A stretch of DNA of 64,000 bases. It comes from Candidatus Dojkabacteria bacterium (lineage in GTDB: Bacteria; Patescibacteriota; Dojkabacteria; SC72). Below the pieces are notes generated by a model. The model was not told the DNA's origin. It made no database searches and saw nothing but the letters and a program-made list of their open reading frames with translations. This document shows, piece by piece, positions 29,272 through 38,931 of the stretch. Position 1 is the first letter of the stretch, and every line of letters begins with the position of its first letter. A program made the translations under genes and the position numbers. The stretch covers positions 27,188-91,187 of the forward strand of contig JACPFP010000002.1 in the NCBI GenBank assembly GCA_016182915.1, read 5' to 3'.

Positions 29272-30171
29272 AACTAATAGACTGTTAATAGCAAGAACTA
29301 TAAGTGCTATTACTCCAAAGGAACCCATCACTTTATTTCCCTGTAGGAATGCGAGAGCAGCTTCAAGCTCACCTGCAGACTCAGGTAGTTCTGGATCTAC
29401 TGAAGCACCGTTTCCATTTATTGACCCTGTTATTCTTGTAGCTATTAACGGATTCTCAGCTTTAACACTGTTTCCTGCGTCGTCTCTAATTTCAACCTCA
29501 TAATTGTTACTTCCAACTGTTAGAGGGAGGGTAGTACTAAACTTCCCGTTCTTATCTACCTTAGCTGTATACTTAGACCCAGCACTTGAAAAAACAACTG
29601 TTGAAAGAGGCTCTGCCTCACCTGAAACCTTTAGAGTATTAACATCTACTTCTTTCTGATATTTTAAAACCACAGTCTTTGAAGGAGCAGTCCAATCTAC
29701 ATTGATAGCCATTATTGGAGACCTCTCACTTCTCTTTCTAACAGGAAAACCTGATATTGAAGCCGCCTGAATTCTGTATAAACCTTCCTTCTCAACAGGA
29801 TACTCATATTTGAAATTTCCGTTATCAACCCATACAGCATTCTCAACTTCTTTATCGTTTACATATACAGCAACTCTCTTTATATCTTTATTCACACTTC
29901 CTCTAATTGTTAGAGCATGCGCACTTGTTGAACTTGGAAGTACCGTGAGAACGGGGGTATTAATTGATTTATCAAGTTTTGGTTCAACTCTGTAGAGAAG
30001 AAGAGCCACAATTCCGACTACAACCAACATAATCCCGAGAAAAATCATTACCATACCAGCAAATACTGACCAAAGAGATCTCTCTTCTACCTCAACTACA
30101 AGTTTATCGCTCATGTTTGAATTAACCTCTTTCATCTTATTCTTTTTCATTTTTCTAGGTGCCATTTTCAT
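29242..30171 (-). CDS. Ig-like-domain surface protein with C-terminal sortase-type signal
   Basis: N-terminal TM, Ig-like motifs (VDWTAP, VSGEAEP, DDAGN), then LPESAG + hydrophobic helix + KVRR tail. Confidence 0.7.
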   Translation of the reverse strand: MKMAPRKMKKNKMKEVNSNMSDKLVVEVEERSLWSVFAGMVMIFLGIMLVVVGIVALLLYRVEPKLDKSINTPVLTVLPSSTSAHALTIRGSVNKDIKRVAVYVNDKEVENAVWVDNGNFKYEYPVEKEGLYRIQAASISGFPVRKRSERSPIMAINVDWTAPSKTVVLKYQKEVDVNTLKVSGEAEPLSTVVFSSAGSKYTAKVDKNGKFSTTLPLTVGSNNYEVEIRDDAGNSVKAENPLIATRITGSINGNGASVDPELPESAGELEAALAFLQGNKVMGSFGVIALIVLAINSLLVLAKVRRYSI

Positions 30172-30271
30172 ACACTAAAATGTTATTATCAATATGATAT
30201 TATAAACCCCATAGAAAATCAAATGTGAGTTTGATATAATGCGTACTATCAATATAAATATTCAGTAGTCT

Positions 30272-30976
30272 ATGTTACGTTTCCTATCAAAACTTGCATC
30301 CTTTATTCTCTTGCTATCAGTTATAGCAGGGGCAACCTTTTTTATAGTATATCCCCACTATCCTGAAATAAAGGCGACGGTTGATTCTCTCAATTCAAAA
30401 AGGCTTGCAAATAACATCACCCTTCAATTAATGACCTATATTTCCCCAGCAGATCAAGCCGCCATAATAAAAGACCTAGAGGCTCCTCAGGCATTGGAAC
30501 ATATATCAACTGATGAATTGATCCGATTAAAGAACGAAGGGAAGATTCTTTTTAATATGGAGAAAGCCAACACCTCCCTATACATACCCTCTGCAAGTAT
30601 AAATGGAAAAGTTGTAGATGATGAGAGTGTATATGGAATGGAGAGAGGATTCTGGCATTTCCCACTATCAAGTCAGCCGGGAAAGAGGGGAAACACAGTT
30701 ATAATTGCACATAGGTTTCTACATCTTCCTCCAAGAACAGATACATTTTTTAACCTGGATAAGGTGAAAGTGGGAGATAAGGTTATAATTGAACAGAAGG
30801 ATGCTACATATAGATATACAGTAGTTTCTACAAAGGTTGTAGAGAAAACGGATAGGTCTATACTTGAGAACTATAATGATTATAGAATAACATTAGTAAC
30901 CTGCACACCACTATGGACTTCTAATCAGAGATTAGTAGTAATAGGGAAGTTAGATAAAATTTATGGAAGTATATAA
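30272..30976 (+). CDS. Sortase (class D/E-like)
   Basis: N-terminal TM, GNTVIIAHRF, FFNLDKVKVGD, TLVTCTPLWTSNQRL (His/Cys/Arg triad). Confidence 0.9.
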   Translation: MLRFLSKLASFILLLSVIAGATFFIVYPHYPEIKATVDSLNSKRLANNITLQLMTYISPADQAAIIKDLEAPQALEHISTDELIRLKNEGKILFNMEKANTSLYIPSASINGKVVDDESVYGMERGFWHFPLSSQPGKRGNTVIIAHRFLHLPPRTDTFFNLDKVKVGDKVIIEQKDATYRYTVVSTKVVEKTDRSILENYNDYRITLVTCTPLWTSNQRLVVIGKLDKIYGSI

Positions 30977-30978
30977 AA

Positions 30979-31437
30979 ATGAAATATATTGATGCAACCG
31001 GGAGAGAAGTTGAATTAACAAAAGTGGAATTTGGAATACTAAAGTCTATGTCTAAATCTTGGACTGAACATTCTATTCACGAACTTCCTGGAGGATTAGA
31101 TGATTATAAAGCTCTACAGGAAAAGGGGGTAATTGATAATCTAAATCGGCTTGTTTCCAGTAAAAAATATATTGCAGATCCAAGGGTTATCATAGCCATC
31201 TTAATATACGTGAATAAACTTGATGATATATCAGAAACAGTCGATATGTTTATGGAGAGAGAGATATCTCAAAATAGTGATGACTGGGTTGCAACTATCC
31301 CAATATTTGCCGAAAGATTCGGAATAGCAATGGGAATAAATTTCGACGAAAGCGAAATTACAGAAAAGAGGGAGGACCGGGTTATAAGTGAATTCAAGGA
31401 GATCTTAGTAAATAGCTGTGGTGCGATAGTGGAGTAG
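30979..31437 (+). CDS. Hypothetical protein
   Basis: 152-aa ORF 2 nt after the sortase stop; no recognisable motif. Confidence 0.6.
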   Translation: MKYIDATGREVELTKVEFGILKSMSKSWTEHSIHELPGGLDDYKALQEKGVIDNLNRLVSSKKYIADPRVIIAILIYVNKLDDISETVDMFMEREISQNSDDWVATIPIFAERFGIAMGINFDESEITEKREDRVISEFKEILVNSCGAIVE

Positions 31438-31516
31438 AGGAGGAAATATACATCCTTCAACTATACAAAATCCTCCTAAACCTATATACTTACGAGATAA
31501 TTTAGAAACAATAAAT

Positions 31517-32557
31517 ATGGATAAAACATACACTAGAAAAGATGTATCAAACGATAGCATTGAACTAACAGTTACAATTCCTGCAGATGCATTTATAAAA
31601 TCATATAACACACTTCTCGAAAAAGAATCAAAGGGTGCAAACATCAAAGGGTTTAGAAAAGGATCTGTACCATCTGAGATGATTGAAGGAAAGGTAAAAG
31701 ATAGTATTCTTTTCGAAACATTTGAAAGAGTTGCTCCATTATATGTAAGCAATGCAGTAGCTACAGAAAGCATTGAGATTGTAGCTCCACCCGCATATAA
31801 AGATATTCCAAAGCTTGTTAAAGGAGAGGACATTGTATTTACAGTTGTGTGTACAATTATGCCAGAGTTTAAACTTGGAAATATGAAGAAGATAAAGGTA
31901 GAGAAGAGTAAGGTTGAAGTTGATGAAAAAGAGATGGAATCTGTTATGAAAGAGCTTGAACAGAGGAAAACAAAAGCAAAAGCTGGAACAGATGAATGGG
32001 TAGCAGAGATTGCAAAATCGCTATACCTTGAAAATGTTAAAACCATGAAAGAATTTAAGGAAGAGATAAAAGAGAGACTCATGTCACAGAAAGAAATGAA
32101 TGTTAGAAAAGAGCAGGAGAGCAGTGCACTGAAACAAGCAATTGAACTATGCAAAATTACAATCCCACAGGCTGCTGTTGACTATGAAGCAATCGAAAGA
32201 GAACAGTCCTTCCTACACACTCTTGAGGAGAAGAAGATAACCATGGAACAGTTCTTAAATGGTAACAATATAAAAATTGAAACAATGAGAGAGATGTGGA
32301 AGAAAGATGCAGTAGATGCACTCCAGACAGATGTATTCCTAAAGCTGTATGGAAAAGAGAAAGGATTAGAAATAACCGAAACTGAATTGGATGAAGAAGT
32401 AAACAAGATTAAGAAGGAACACGAAGGACATAACCATGACTACTACGATGATCCACAGTGGAAAGAGTATGTAAGAAGGGTTCTTGTTAAACAGAAGGCC
32501 TACGACGCTTTTATACTTGCAATATTTCCTGTAGGAAAAGAGAAGAAGGGGAAATAA
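31517..32557 (+). CDS. tig: Trigger factor (short form, apparently lacking the FKBP/PPIase domain)
   Basis: Ribosome-binding signature IKGFRKGSVP, helical C-domain, only 346 aa; close to clpP. Confidence 0.85.
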   Translation: MDKTYTRKDVSNDSIELTVTIPADAFIKSYNTLLEKESKGANIKGFRKGSVPSEMIEGKVKDSILFETFERVAPLYVSNAVATESIEIVAPPAYKDIPKLVKGEDIVFTVVCTIMPEFKLGNMKKIKVEKSKVEVDEKEMESVMKELEQRKTKAKAGTDEWVAEIAKSLYLENVKTMKEFKEEIKERLMSQKEMNVRKEQESSALKQAIELCKITIPQAAVDYEAIEREQSFLHTLEEKKITMEQFLNGNNIKIETMREMWKKDAVDALQTDVFLKLYGKEKGLEITETELDEEVNKIKKEHEGHNHDYYDDPQWKEYVRRVLVKQKAYDAFILAIFPVGKEKKGK

Positions 32558-32563
32558 AAGAGA

Positions 32564-32896
32564 CTAAACAGGAGGAACAAGTGTAAACTCCAAGGTCACT
32601 TCCTCTTTACTTACATGATACATTCCTCGAATCCTAACGGTATTATCCTCGAGATCAACCGCTAATCCCTCGACCTCAAGTAAGTAGGTGCGAGCATCTA
32701 CATCTTCTCTATTAAACGTAAATAGAATTGAAGATAGATCTGTGACAGCGAGAGCAAAGAGATCTCTTACATACCAAATCGGAGATCCGTTCTCCTTAAA
32801 GGTATCCTGAATAATATCGTGGTGCTGACTCAAAAGAATCTCCAAATTCGGATCTAACTCTGGGTTTTCCCCTTTACCTTTCATGACATTTCCCAT
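32564..32896 (-). CDS. Hypothetical protein
   Basis: 110-aa ORF filling the gap between tig and clpP on the opposite strand. Confidence 0.55.
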   Translation of the reverse strand: MGNVMKGKGENPELDPNLEILLSQHHDIIQDTFKENGSPIWYVRDLFALAVTDLSSILFTFNREDVDARTYLLEVEGLAVDLEDNTVRIRGMYHVSKEEVTLEFTLVPPV

Positions 32897-32990
32897 AATA
32901 AATATAATTATTGATTATATCACCAAGTTTGCCTAAGTAGTACGGAAAAGCTATAATCCATGCATAAATAACTTCGTAATTGATTTAACT

Positions 32991-33569
32991 ATGAATGTAC
33001 TAATTCCAACCGTAATTGAGAAAGAAAGAGATGGAGAGAGAGCATACGATATCTATTCAAGACTACTTAAGGATAGAATACTTTTTGTAACTGGAGAGAT
33101 AGAGCCACACATGGCAAATACCATTGTTGCACAACTTCTTTTCCTTGAGAAAGAAGATCCCAAGGCAGATATCCAGATGTTCATTAACTCCCAGGGAGGA
33201 CAGGTAACCGCAGGGATGGCAATCCTAGATACCATGAACTTTATAAAACCAGATGTTTCAACAATTGCTGTAGGATTATCTGCATCAATGGGCTCCCTGC
33301 TTCTCGCAGGAGGTACAAAGGGAAAGAGATACTCATTACCACACAGTAAAATACATATGCATCAACCATTAGGTGGAGCAGAAGGGCAGGCAAGTGATAT
33401 TGATATTGCAGCAAAAGAGATACTTAAAACGAGAGAACTTCTTTTTAAAATGCTCTCAAGCTTTACGGGAAAGAAGTATGAAGATATAGAAAGGGATGCA
33501 GATAGAGATAAGTTCTTCACAGCAGAGGAAGCAAAGGAGTATGGTTTGATTGATAAGGTCATAAGCTAA
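32991..33569 (+). CDS. clpP: ATP-dependent Clp protease proteolytic subunit
   Basis: [25 protein letters not shown] (Ser), HMHQPLGG (His), DRDKF (Asp), YGLIDKV. Confidence 0.97.
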   Translation: MNVLIPTVIEKERDGERAYDIYSRLLKDRILFVTGEIEPHMANTIVAQLLFLEKEDPKADIQMFINSQGGQVTAGMAILDTMNFIKPDVSTIAVGLSASMGSLLLAGGTKGKRYSLPHSKIHMHQPLGGAEGQASDIDIAAKEILKTRELLFKMLSSFTGKKYEDIERDADRDKFFTAEEAKEYGLIDKVIS

Positions 33570-33587
33570 TAGTTTGGCTATAAACTC

Positions 33588-34589
33588 ATGGGGCATATAA
33601 ATCCTAATCCTACAGTTTTCAGTGTAGAAAGTCTTCTTTCTACCGATAAACTAAGTTTATTGAATGCGTATCTTTTTAATGGAGAAAGAGACAGATTCTC
33701 TCACGAAACGATGGAAAGAGTTAAAGAAGCAATAAACCTTGTCCCTTACGGTATGGCATCAGTTTCTTCGGGAAGAATCTTTGATGTTGAAACTCTAGTA
33801 GAAAGCGCAAACGATATTGGAGTCCCTATTCATGATGTAGACTATCCATGGGGAGTGACAGTAAGAGATTCAGCCGTGAAAATAGGTAAAACTATAGAGG
33901 GGAAGGATATAAAAACAGTGATAAAAACTGGAATGAATATTTTTGGAGCATACCTTTTAGCCGTGGATCCTAAAGACCAAAATTCCCGAGTTCAGAGTGG
34001 GGTAGAGACCATTCAACAAACAGTCTCCGATCAACTAAGGTTGCGGTTAGATGCGGATCAGTTTTCTGAAGCTTTAAGAGAGAAAACTTTAAAGAACTTA
34101 GCTGATATAGGAAGTTCACTAGGTGTAAGTAGAAATATACAAATACTGGTAGAACCATCAATCCTAACCTTTAAAGAGTGGGATGGATTTCTAAGGTTAA
34201 TGAAGGATCTAAGAAGTAGATATGATGGAACGAATATAATTCCACTGATTTCGTTAGATTTAGCAAATACTCAGCCCTATACTCAAGAGAGTGTTCTTGA
34301 GTTCATAGACAAACAATTGGGAGTAGGAAGTGGTAGTACAATAGAGGTATCGCAGATAGGTGCTTTTGAACTTAGCGGTTTTGGGGAGGGGAGAATGAAG
34401 CATGATTTACCTTGGAAAACACCCTTTCCACTCAAAGATTTCTTTATGTTAGTAAACAAGATAGAGAATAGAAGGGAAACAGTAGATAGACTGGGAATAG
34501 TTATTGAAAGTCACCCTGTTCTTTTCGATCAGCTGCTTGCAGGGCTTCCAGATGAGTATACAAAAGTACTTAAAGAGGTTTCGCAATAA
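33588..34589 (+). CDS. Divergent TIM-barrel protein (xylose isomerase/AP-endonuclease-2-like)
   Basis: Spacing of ILVEP...LDLAN...KHDLP...IVIESHP resembles the metal-ligand pattern of that superfamily, but the match is weak. Confidence 0.4.
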   Translation: MGHINPNPTVFSVESLLSTDKLSLLNAYLFNGERDRFSHETMERVKEAINLVPYGMASVSSGRIFDVETLVESANDIGVPIHDVDYPWGVTVRDSAVKIGKTIEGKDIKTVIKTGMNIFGAYLLAVDPKDQNSRVQSGVETIQQTVSDQLRLRLDADQFSEALREKTLKNLADIGSSLGVSRNIQILVEPSILTFKEWDGFLRLMKDLRSRYDGTNIIPLISLDLANTQPYTQESVLEFIDKQLGVGSGSTIEVSQIGAFELSGFGEGRMKHDLPWKTPFPLKDFFMLVNKIENRRETVDRLGIVIESHPVLFDQLLAGLPDEYTKVLKEVSQ

Positions 34590-34636
34590 CGAATTGCTTA
34601 TAAGAGAGGTTAAATGATAGAATTCATTGTATTTAT

Positions 34637-34713
34637 GGGCGACTAGCTCAGCTGGTTAGAGCACTACATTGACATTGTAGGGGTCGCAGGTTCGAGTCCC
34701 GCGTCGCCCACCA
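34637..34713 (+). tRNA. tRNA-Val (anticodon GAC)
   Basis: GGGCGAC...GTCGCCC-A-CCA acceptor stem, D arm GCTCAGCTGGTTAGAGC, anticodon arm CTACA-TTGACAT-TGTAG, T loop GGTTCGAGTCC. Upstream TTGCTT-18 nt-TAGAAT promoter. Confidence 0.97.
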
Positions 34714-34745
34714 AATTTTATTACAGTTTAGGAACTTTTTCTTCT

Positions 34746-35759
34746 CTAGTATTTTCCTTCTCTTTTTTCTAAACTTAGTAATAATCTAATCATGTTTTTC
34801 TTTGGTTCAATATTCTCGTCAAATAGTCCGGTATTTTCTCTTTCCCAAGTTATTGTTGGATCATCAATGATTCCCCAATAATAGAATTCTTCAATATAAT
34901 CTTTAGAACCACATAGTTCTCTCATGTGATTGTAAGCATAAGATTGATAATCAAACCAAGTAGAGTAGGTAATACCGTCACAAGTAACTGGTTTGTTTGG
35001 ATCAATAGATCCTCCTTCGTAGTTGCCGTTCTTTGGACTCATATCGAATTCAGTAATCATCATAGGCAATCGAGTTCTTGTATGAATTCCATCAAGAGCT
35101 TTATTTAATTGTTCATCAGGGGGTAGAAAGAATGGTCTTGGGTGGTATCCACTATGTGCTTGCTCTCCAATAACATCAATTCTTCCTCCTAGCTTTGTTA
35201 CATCATCTACTAATTTCAGAAAAGGTTCTCTGATTTCATCTCTAATCAAACATCCAAATTCGTTGAACATATATCTTCCTTCTTGATATGTTTCTACAGC
35301 CCATTTAAAAATATCGGCAATAAGCTCAGCTTTATTTAAATTTGTTCCTAAATATTTTTCATCAGGTTCTCTTACAGCTTCATTTACCAACTTGAAGAAG
35401 TTAACCTTTCCTTTATATCTTCCAACTACTGCCTTAACATGATTTTCCAGAACTTTTAACTTTTGTTCAGGGTCTAAATCTTTATACCATTGAGGAAATA
35501 TATCTATGTGTCCTGTAATTACAGTATTGAAATGAATTTGTGCTCCGTTATGATTTGCATGTTCGATGAGTAGATCTGTATTTTCCCAATTGTAATCAGA
35601 TTCAATGTTTGGTCCTTTTGCAATCATTGCAAACATTCCTGTTCCCTCCATCCCAAAGTTATTGAAATATTTAAGCGTTTCAGACTTATATTTCCTACTT
35701 ATATCCTCAGGCATCACACCATTGAAATATTTATGATTTAGAATTACTCCTGTTTTCAC
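34746..35759 (-). CDS. Glycoside hydrolase family 10 (xylanase-like) protein without signal peptide
   Basis: RYKGKV..KLVNEA (acid/base), IGEQAH, MITEFD (nucleophile), YWGIID, GLFD. Confidence 0.8.
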   Translation of the reverse strand: MKTGVILNHKYFNGVMPEDISRKYKSETLKYFNNFGMEGTGMFAMIAKGPNIESDYNWENTDLLIEHANHNGAQIHFNTVITGHIDIFPQWYKDLDPEQKLKVLENHVKAVVGRYKGKVNFFKLVNEAVREPDEKYLGTNLNKAELIADIFKWAVETYQEGRYMFNEFGCLIRDEIREPFLKLVDDVTKLGGRIDVIGEQAHSGYHPRPFFLPPDEQLNKALDGIHTRTRLPMMITEFDMSPKNGNYEGGSIDPNKPVTCDGITYSTWFDYQSYAYNHMRELCGSKDYIEEFYYWGIIDDPTITWERENTGLFDENIEPKKNMIRLLLSLEKREGKY

Positions 35760-35883
35760 AATAAAAGTTTAGAGTATGACTATTAAATATACAAGTACAA
35801 AAAGAAGCCGCGTTTAAGTTTCAGGTCTTTTAGCACAGTATACCATTATAATTTCCCCTATTTGTGATATAAAATAAACATAT

Positions 35884-36717
35884 ATGCTCATACAACAGAT
35901 ACAAGAAAAGGATTGGGAACAACGTCCAACAATTAACGAGAAAACAGATAAACTCGCGTTAGAGACCCTTAATATTCAAGATCAACCGACACAAAATATA
36001 GCAATTCAACTCACTGTCGCCAACCATATTTGTTCTCTATACCAGGATATGAACTTGCCTACTTGTATCGCAGGATTCACCCCTATATATTATTTGCTTA
36101 TAGGGACAAGATACAGAATGGATAAACCAATGGACGAGAGCTTTAAGACGATCTTCTCAAATACTGAGATTACAGAACAAAATTTACTGAATCTCTCCGC
36201 CTATATCATAGAACAAGTAAAGGAAAAGCAAGATCAATCCGACGATGAAATAAAACAAACAAAATTAGTAGAACAGGGGAGGATAAGTGCAAAACTAGAA
36301 AAGGACGGAAGTGTGTCATTACACATTGGGGACAGTGGTACGCTTGAGTATGAAAGTATTCGTAATGACCTTCGTCAGGTTTTGACAATACTTAAAACAA
36401 ACCATCCTTATATTAAGCTACTTAGTGGAGAATCATGGTTATACTCTACAAAAACTATTTGGATGTTTTTGCCTGAAGAATTACAAGAAAACATAACAAT
36501 TATAACCCGTGAGAATGTATTAAGAAGCGGAGCATTATGGGGGCAGTTCATACAGCCTAATACAAGATTAGAACAAACAAGGAAATATCTATTTTTGAAG
36601 CGTATAGGGAAAGTAACATCAATTAATGACCTTTATAATGCATTTCCATTTCCCGTTTCTAGCATTAATGTTCCGATAGAGAAACTCTACAATCAATTAG
36701 CTATCGCTAAGAAGTAA
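35884..36717 (+). CDS. Hypothetical protein
   Basis: 277-aa ORF (SLHI...GESWLY...LWGQFI); family not recognised with confidence. Confidence 0.65.
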   Translation: MLIQQIQEKDWEQRPTINEKTDKLALETLNIQDQPTQNIAIQLTVANHICSLYQDMNLPTCIAGFTPIYYLLIGTRYRMDKPMDESFKTIFSNTEITEQNLLNLSAYIIEQVKEKQDQSDDEIKQTKLVEQGRISAKLEKDGSVSLHIGDSGTLEYESIRNDLRQVLTILKTNHPYIKLLSGESWLYSTKTIWMFLPEELQENITIITRENVLRSGALWGQFIQPNTRLEQTRKYLFLKRIGKVTSINDLYNAFPFPVSSINVPIEKLYNQLAIAKK

Positions 36718-36845
36718 TACTTCCTATTAAAATAGTTTGAGTGTTAGTTTAGCCATTAACATAATACGCAAAAATTTCTCCGTCTTTAAGTTTCAGACAT
36801 GTTAAAATGGCCCTATTTTTAGCATCACTCTGGTATACTATATTA

Positions 36846-37580
36846 ATGCAAAAACAGGTTATTCTTGAAAAACTCTCTCGGTTAATGAAAAGTTATCAAA
36901 ACGGGGAGATTCCTCTTTTGCATACTCACGAAGTGAATCCTAGTTTAGACAAAAGTAGCCGTGAGAATTACTTATATTTCACAATGACATGCTCGTTAAA
37001 CTTCCAAAGAAACTCTCCAAAGACCTGGGAATCAGCATTAAAGACCTGGAATGATAAAGATACTCAATTCGTTTTCTTTCCTGAGAAGGTAGTAATTACG
37101 AATACTGAAGATCTTAGGCAAGCCTTATTAAAACATAAGTTGGCACTTCAACCCAATAAACATATTGAAATCTGGGGAAAAATATCAAAAACTTTCAATT
37201 CGGATTTCAACAATGATCCACGAGAGCTATTTAAGAGAGGGGAACATAATACAGATTTGGTGTTAGAGATAGTTAGAAAAGAAATGAAGAGTAAGTTTCC
37301 TTATCTATCTGGTCCCAAACTAAGTAACTATTTCATTTACATTTTACTTTACTACTCTGACCTAAAACTAAAGAACACCATAAATCTTTCAATAATCCCC
37401 GATACACATATTATGCAAGCGACTGAGCATTTAGGCATACTTGAGAACAGGGATATCAAACCAGAGAAAGTAGAGGAAGCATGGAAAGAGCTTCTTAAAG
37501 GGTCAACTTGGGCTCCGGTTGATTTTCATCCAGTACTCTGGAACTGGTCTAGGAATCATTTCGTGCCAAATATTGATTAG
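36846..37580 (+). CDS. HhH-GPD-superfamily DNA glycosylase-like protein (no Fe-S cluster)
   Basis: HhH-like FPYLSGPKLSNY followed by IIPDTHI (catalytic Asp position). ATG at 36846 follows a TGGTATACT extended -10. Confidence 0.6.
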   Translation: MQKQVILEKLSRLMKSYQNGEIPLLHTHEVNPSLDKSSRENYLYFTMTCSLNFQRNSPKTWESALKTWNDKDTQFVFFPEKVVITNTEDLRQALLKHKLALQPNKHIEIWGKISKTFNSDFNNDPRELFKRGEHNTDLVLEIVRKEMKSKFPYLSGPKLSNYFIYILLYYSDLKLKNTINLSIIPDTHIMQATEHLGILENRDIKPEKVEEAWKELLKGSTWAPVDFHPVLWNWSRNHFVPNID

Positions 37581-37627
37581 GCGGGCCTTTCTTTCCAAAT
37601 TTCAGGATACTTTGTATAGCCAACCAC

Positions 37628-38389
37628 TCAAATCTTATTTGAATTCCACATCTTTTCCCATATAGCCTTTTGAACTTTAGGGTCAACATGGGCAGCAGGA
37701 TGGTAATTAGGTAATATCGATACGCTATTTAGATGAATAAAGCCACCCTCCAAACTGTTAATTATTTTACTGATTTTTATATCTGTATACTCCAAACCAT
37801 AGTATCTATTGATAACACTAAATGCTAAGTTTCCTAGTGGAATTATAAGTTTAGGTTGAACAATATCAATCTGACGTTTAACATAAGGATATGAAATCTC
37901 AAAGCTCTTTTTCTCATCAAAATTTTGATTTCCTCTAAATAATTTACCTTGCCTTGTAAACAGTACAGCCATTGTAAAAAATATCTTATCCCACATTTCA
38001 GCAGTAAAATCTTCATTGAATTTGTCTTTATATGTTTCTTGAACTGTGTTTAGAATAAATTTCTCAGTTCTTGAAGAAAAATCTTTAAAGAGAAACTTTC
38101 TGTAATAATCAATATCATTTGCTTTTGATTCATCAAAAGAGGAAATAAATTCCTTTAAGACTAAATACGGTCCCCAGTCTTGTCCGATAATCATTATCTC
38201 GGACTTTGTTACAGTATTTGTCCAATCAAACCACTTGTTTGGAATATGTTTATGTAATCTGAATTGATTTACCAGACTAACATTGGTATCAAGTCCATTC
38301 CGGTTTGACCTGATACGTGAGGGAGAGATATCAGATTTAATATCTTCAATCAGTTCCCTCATTAACTGAAATTTATCACCTTGTTCCAT
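37628..38389 (-). CDS. Uracil-DNA-glycosylase-superfamily protein
   Basis: Motif A IMIIGQDWG, QIDIVQPKLIIPLGNLA, motif B PNYHPAA. The start may lie further upstream (38455). Confidence 0.8.
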   Translation of the reverse strand: MEQGDKFQLMRELIEDIKSDISPSRIRSNRNGLDTNVSLVNQFRLHKHIPNKWFDWTNTVTKSEIMIIGQDWGPYLVLKEFISSFDESKANDIDYYRKFLFKDFSSRTEKFILNTVQETYKDKFNEDFTAEMWDKIFFTMAVLFTRQGKLFRGNQNFDEKKSFEISYPYVKRQIDIVQPKLIIPLGNLAFSVINRYYGLEYTDIKISKIINSLEGGFIHLNSVSILPNYHPAAHVDPKVQKAIWEKMWNSNKI

Positions 38390-38518
38390 ATAGCTTAGTA
38401 TATATGACCCAATACTTTGTGTCATGATAGTTAAATGAGAAGTACAGCCCAACATATCTCTCTTTTCAGTTAATTGATATAATTACCCATCATTTATAAT
38501 TTTTAATTTATTATTACT

Positions 38519-38851
38519 ATGGATAAAAACCTCATAGAGGAGTTCGAAACTTCAACGAAAAAAGGTCTCGTTACAGGAGTATTACATTTCTCCAATAAAT
38601 ATTGTTCACAAATACAATTATTCTCAGCCGTTAAGAAATGGGTAGAAGAGGATAAAGGTGTAATATACGCAAGTATTATGACTGGAAGTGATGACTTTGT
38701 AAGCTTAAACTTCCGATATGATGAGACGATTGGAAATAAGAAGGTAAAAAGTATTTTGTACGATTTCTTCAAGCCTCTGTTTGAGGAGAAGTTGGGAGGA
38801 GATTTTCTTCAAGCATGGAGCATAACAAGAGAATCGGTAATTATAAAGTAG
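38519..38851 (+). CDS. Hypothetical protein
   Basis: 110-aa ORF with an upstream TGATATAAT extended -10. Confidence 0.6.
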   Translation: MDKNLIEEFETSTKKGLVTGVLHFSNKYCSQIQLFSAVKKWVEEDKGVIYASIMTGSDDFVSLNFRYDETIGNKKVKSILYDFFKPLFEEKLGGDFLQAWSITRESVIIK

Positions 38852-38931
38852 CGTGTGTACACGGTATATTTTACACTTAAAACGACTTTGAATCGCCAAC
38901 TCTTTTTCTCCAATAGTGTAGAATACTAAAT

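Noticed and set aside
30172-30271. Replication origin at the switch from mostly minus-strand to mostly plus-strand genes
   Set aside because: No dnaA/dnaN nearby and no DnaA-box cluster seen; GC skew could not be computed.
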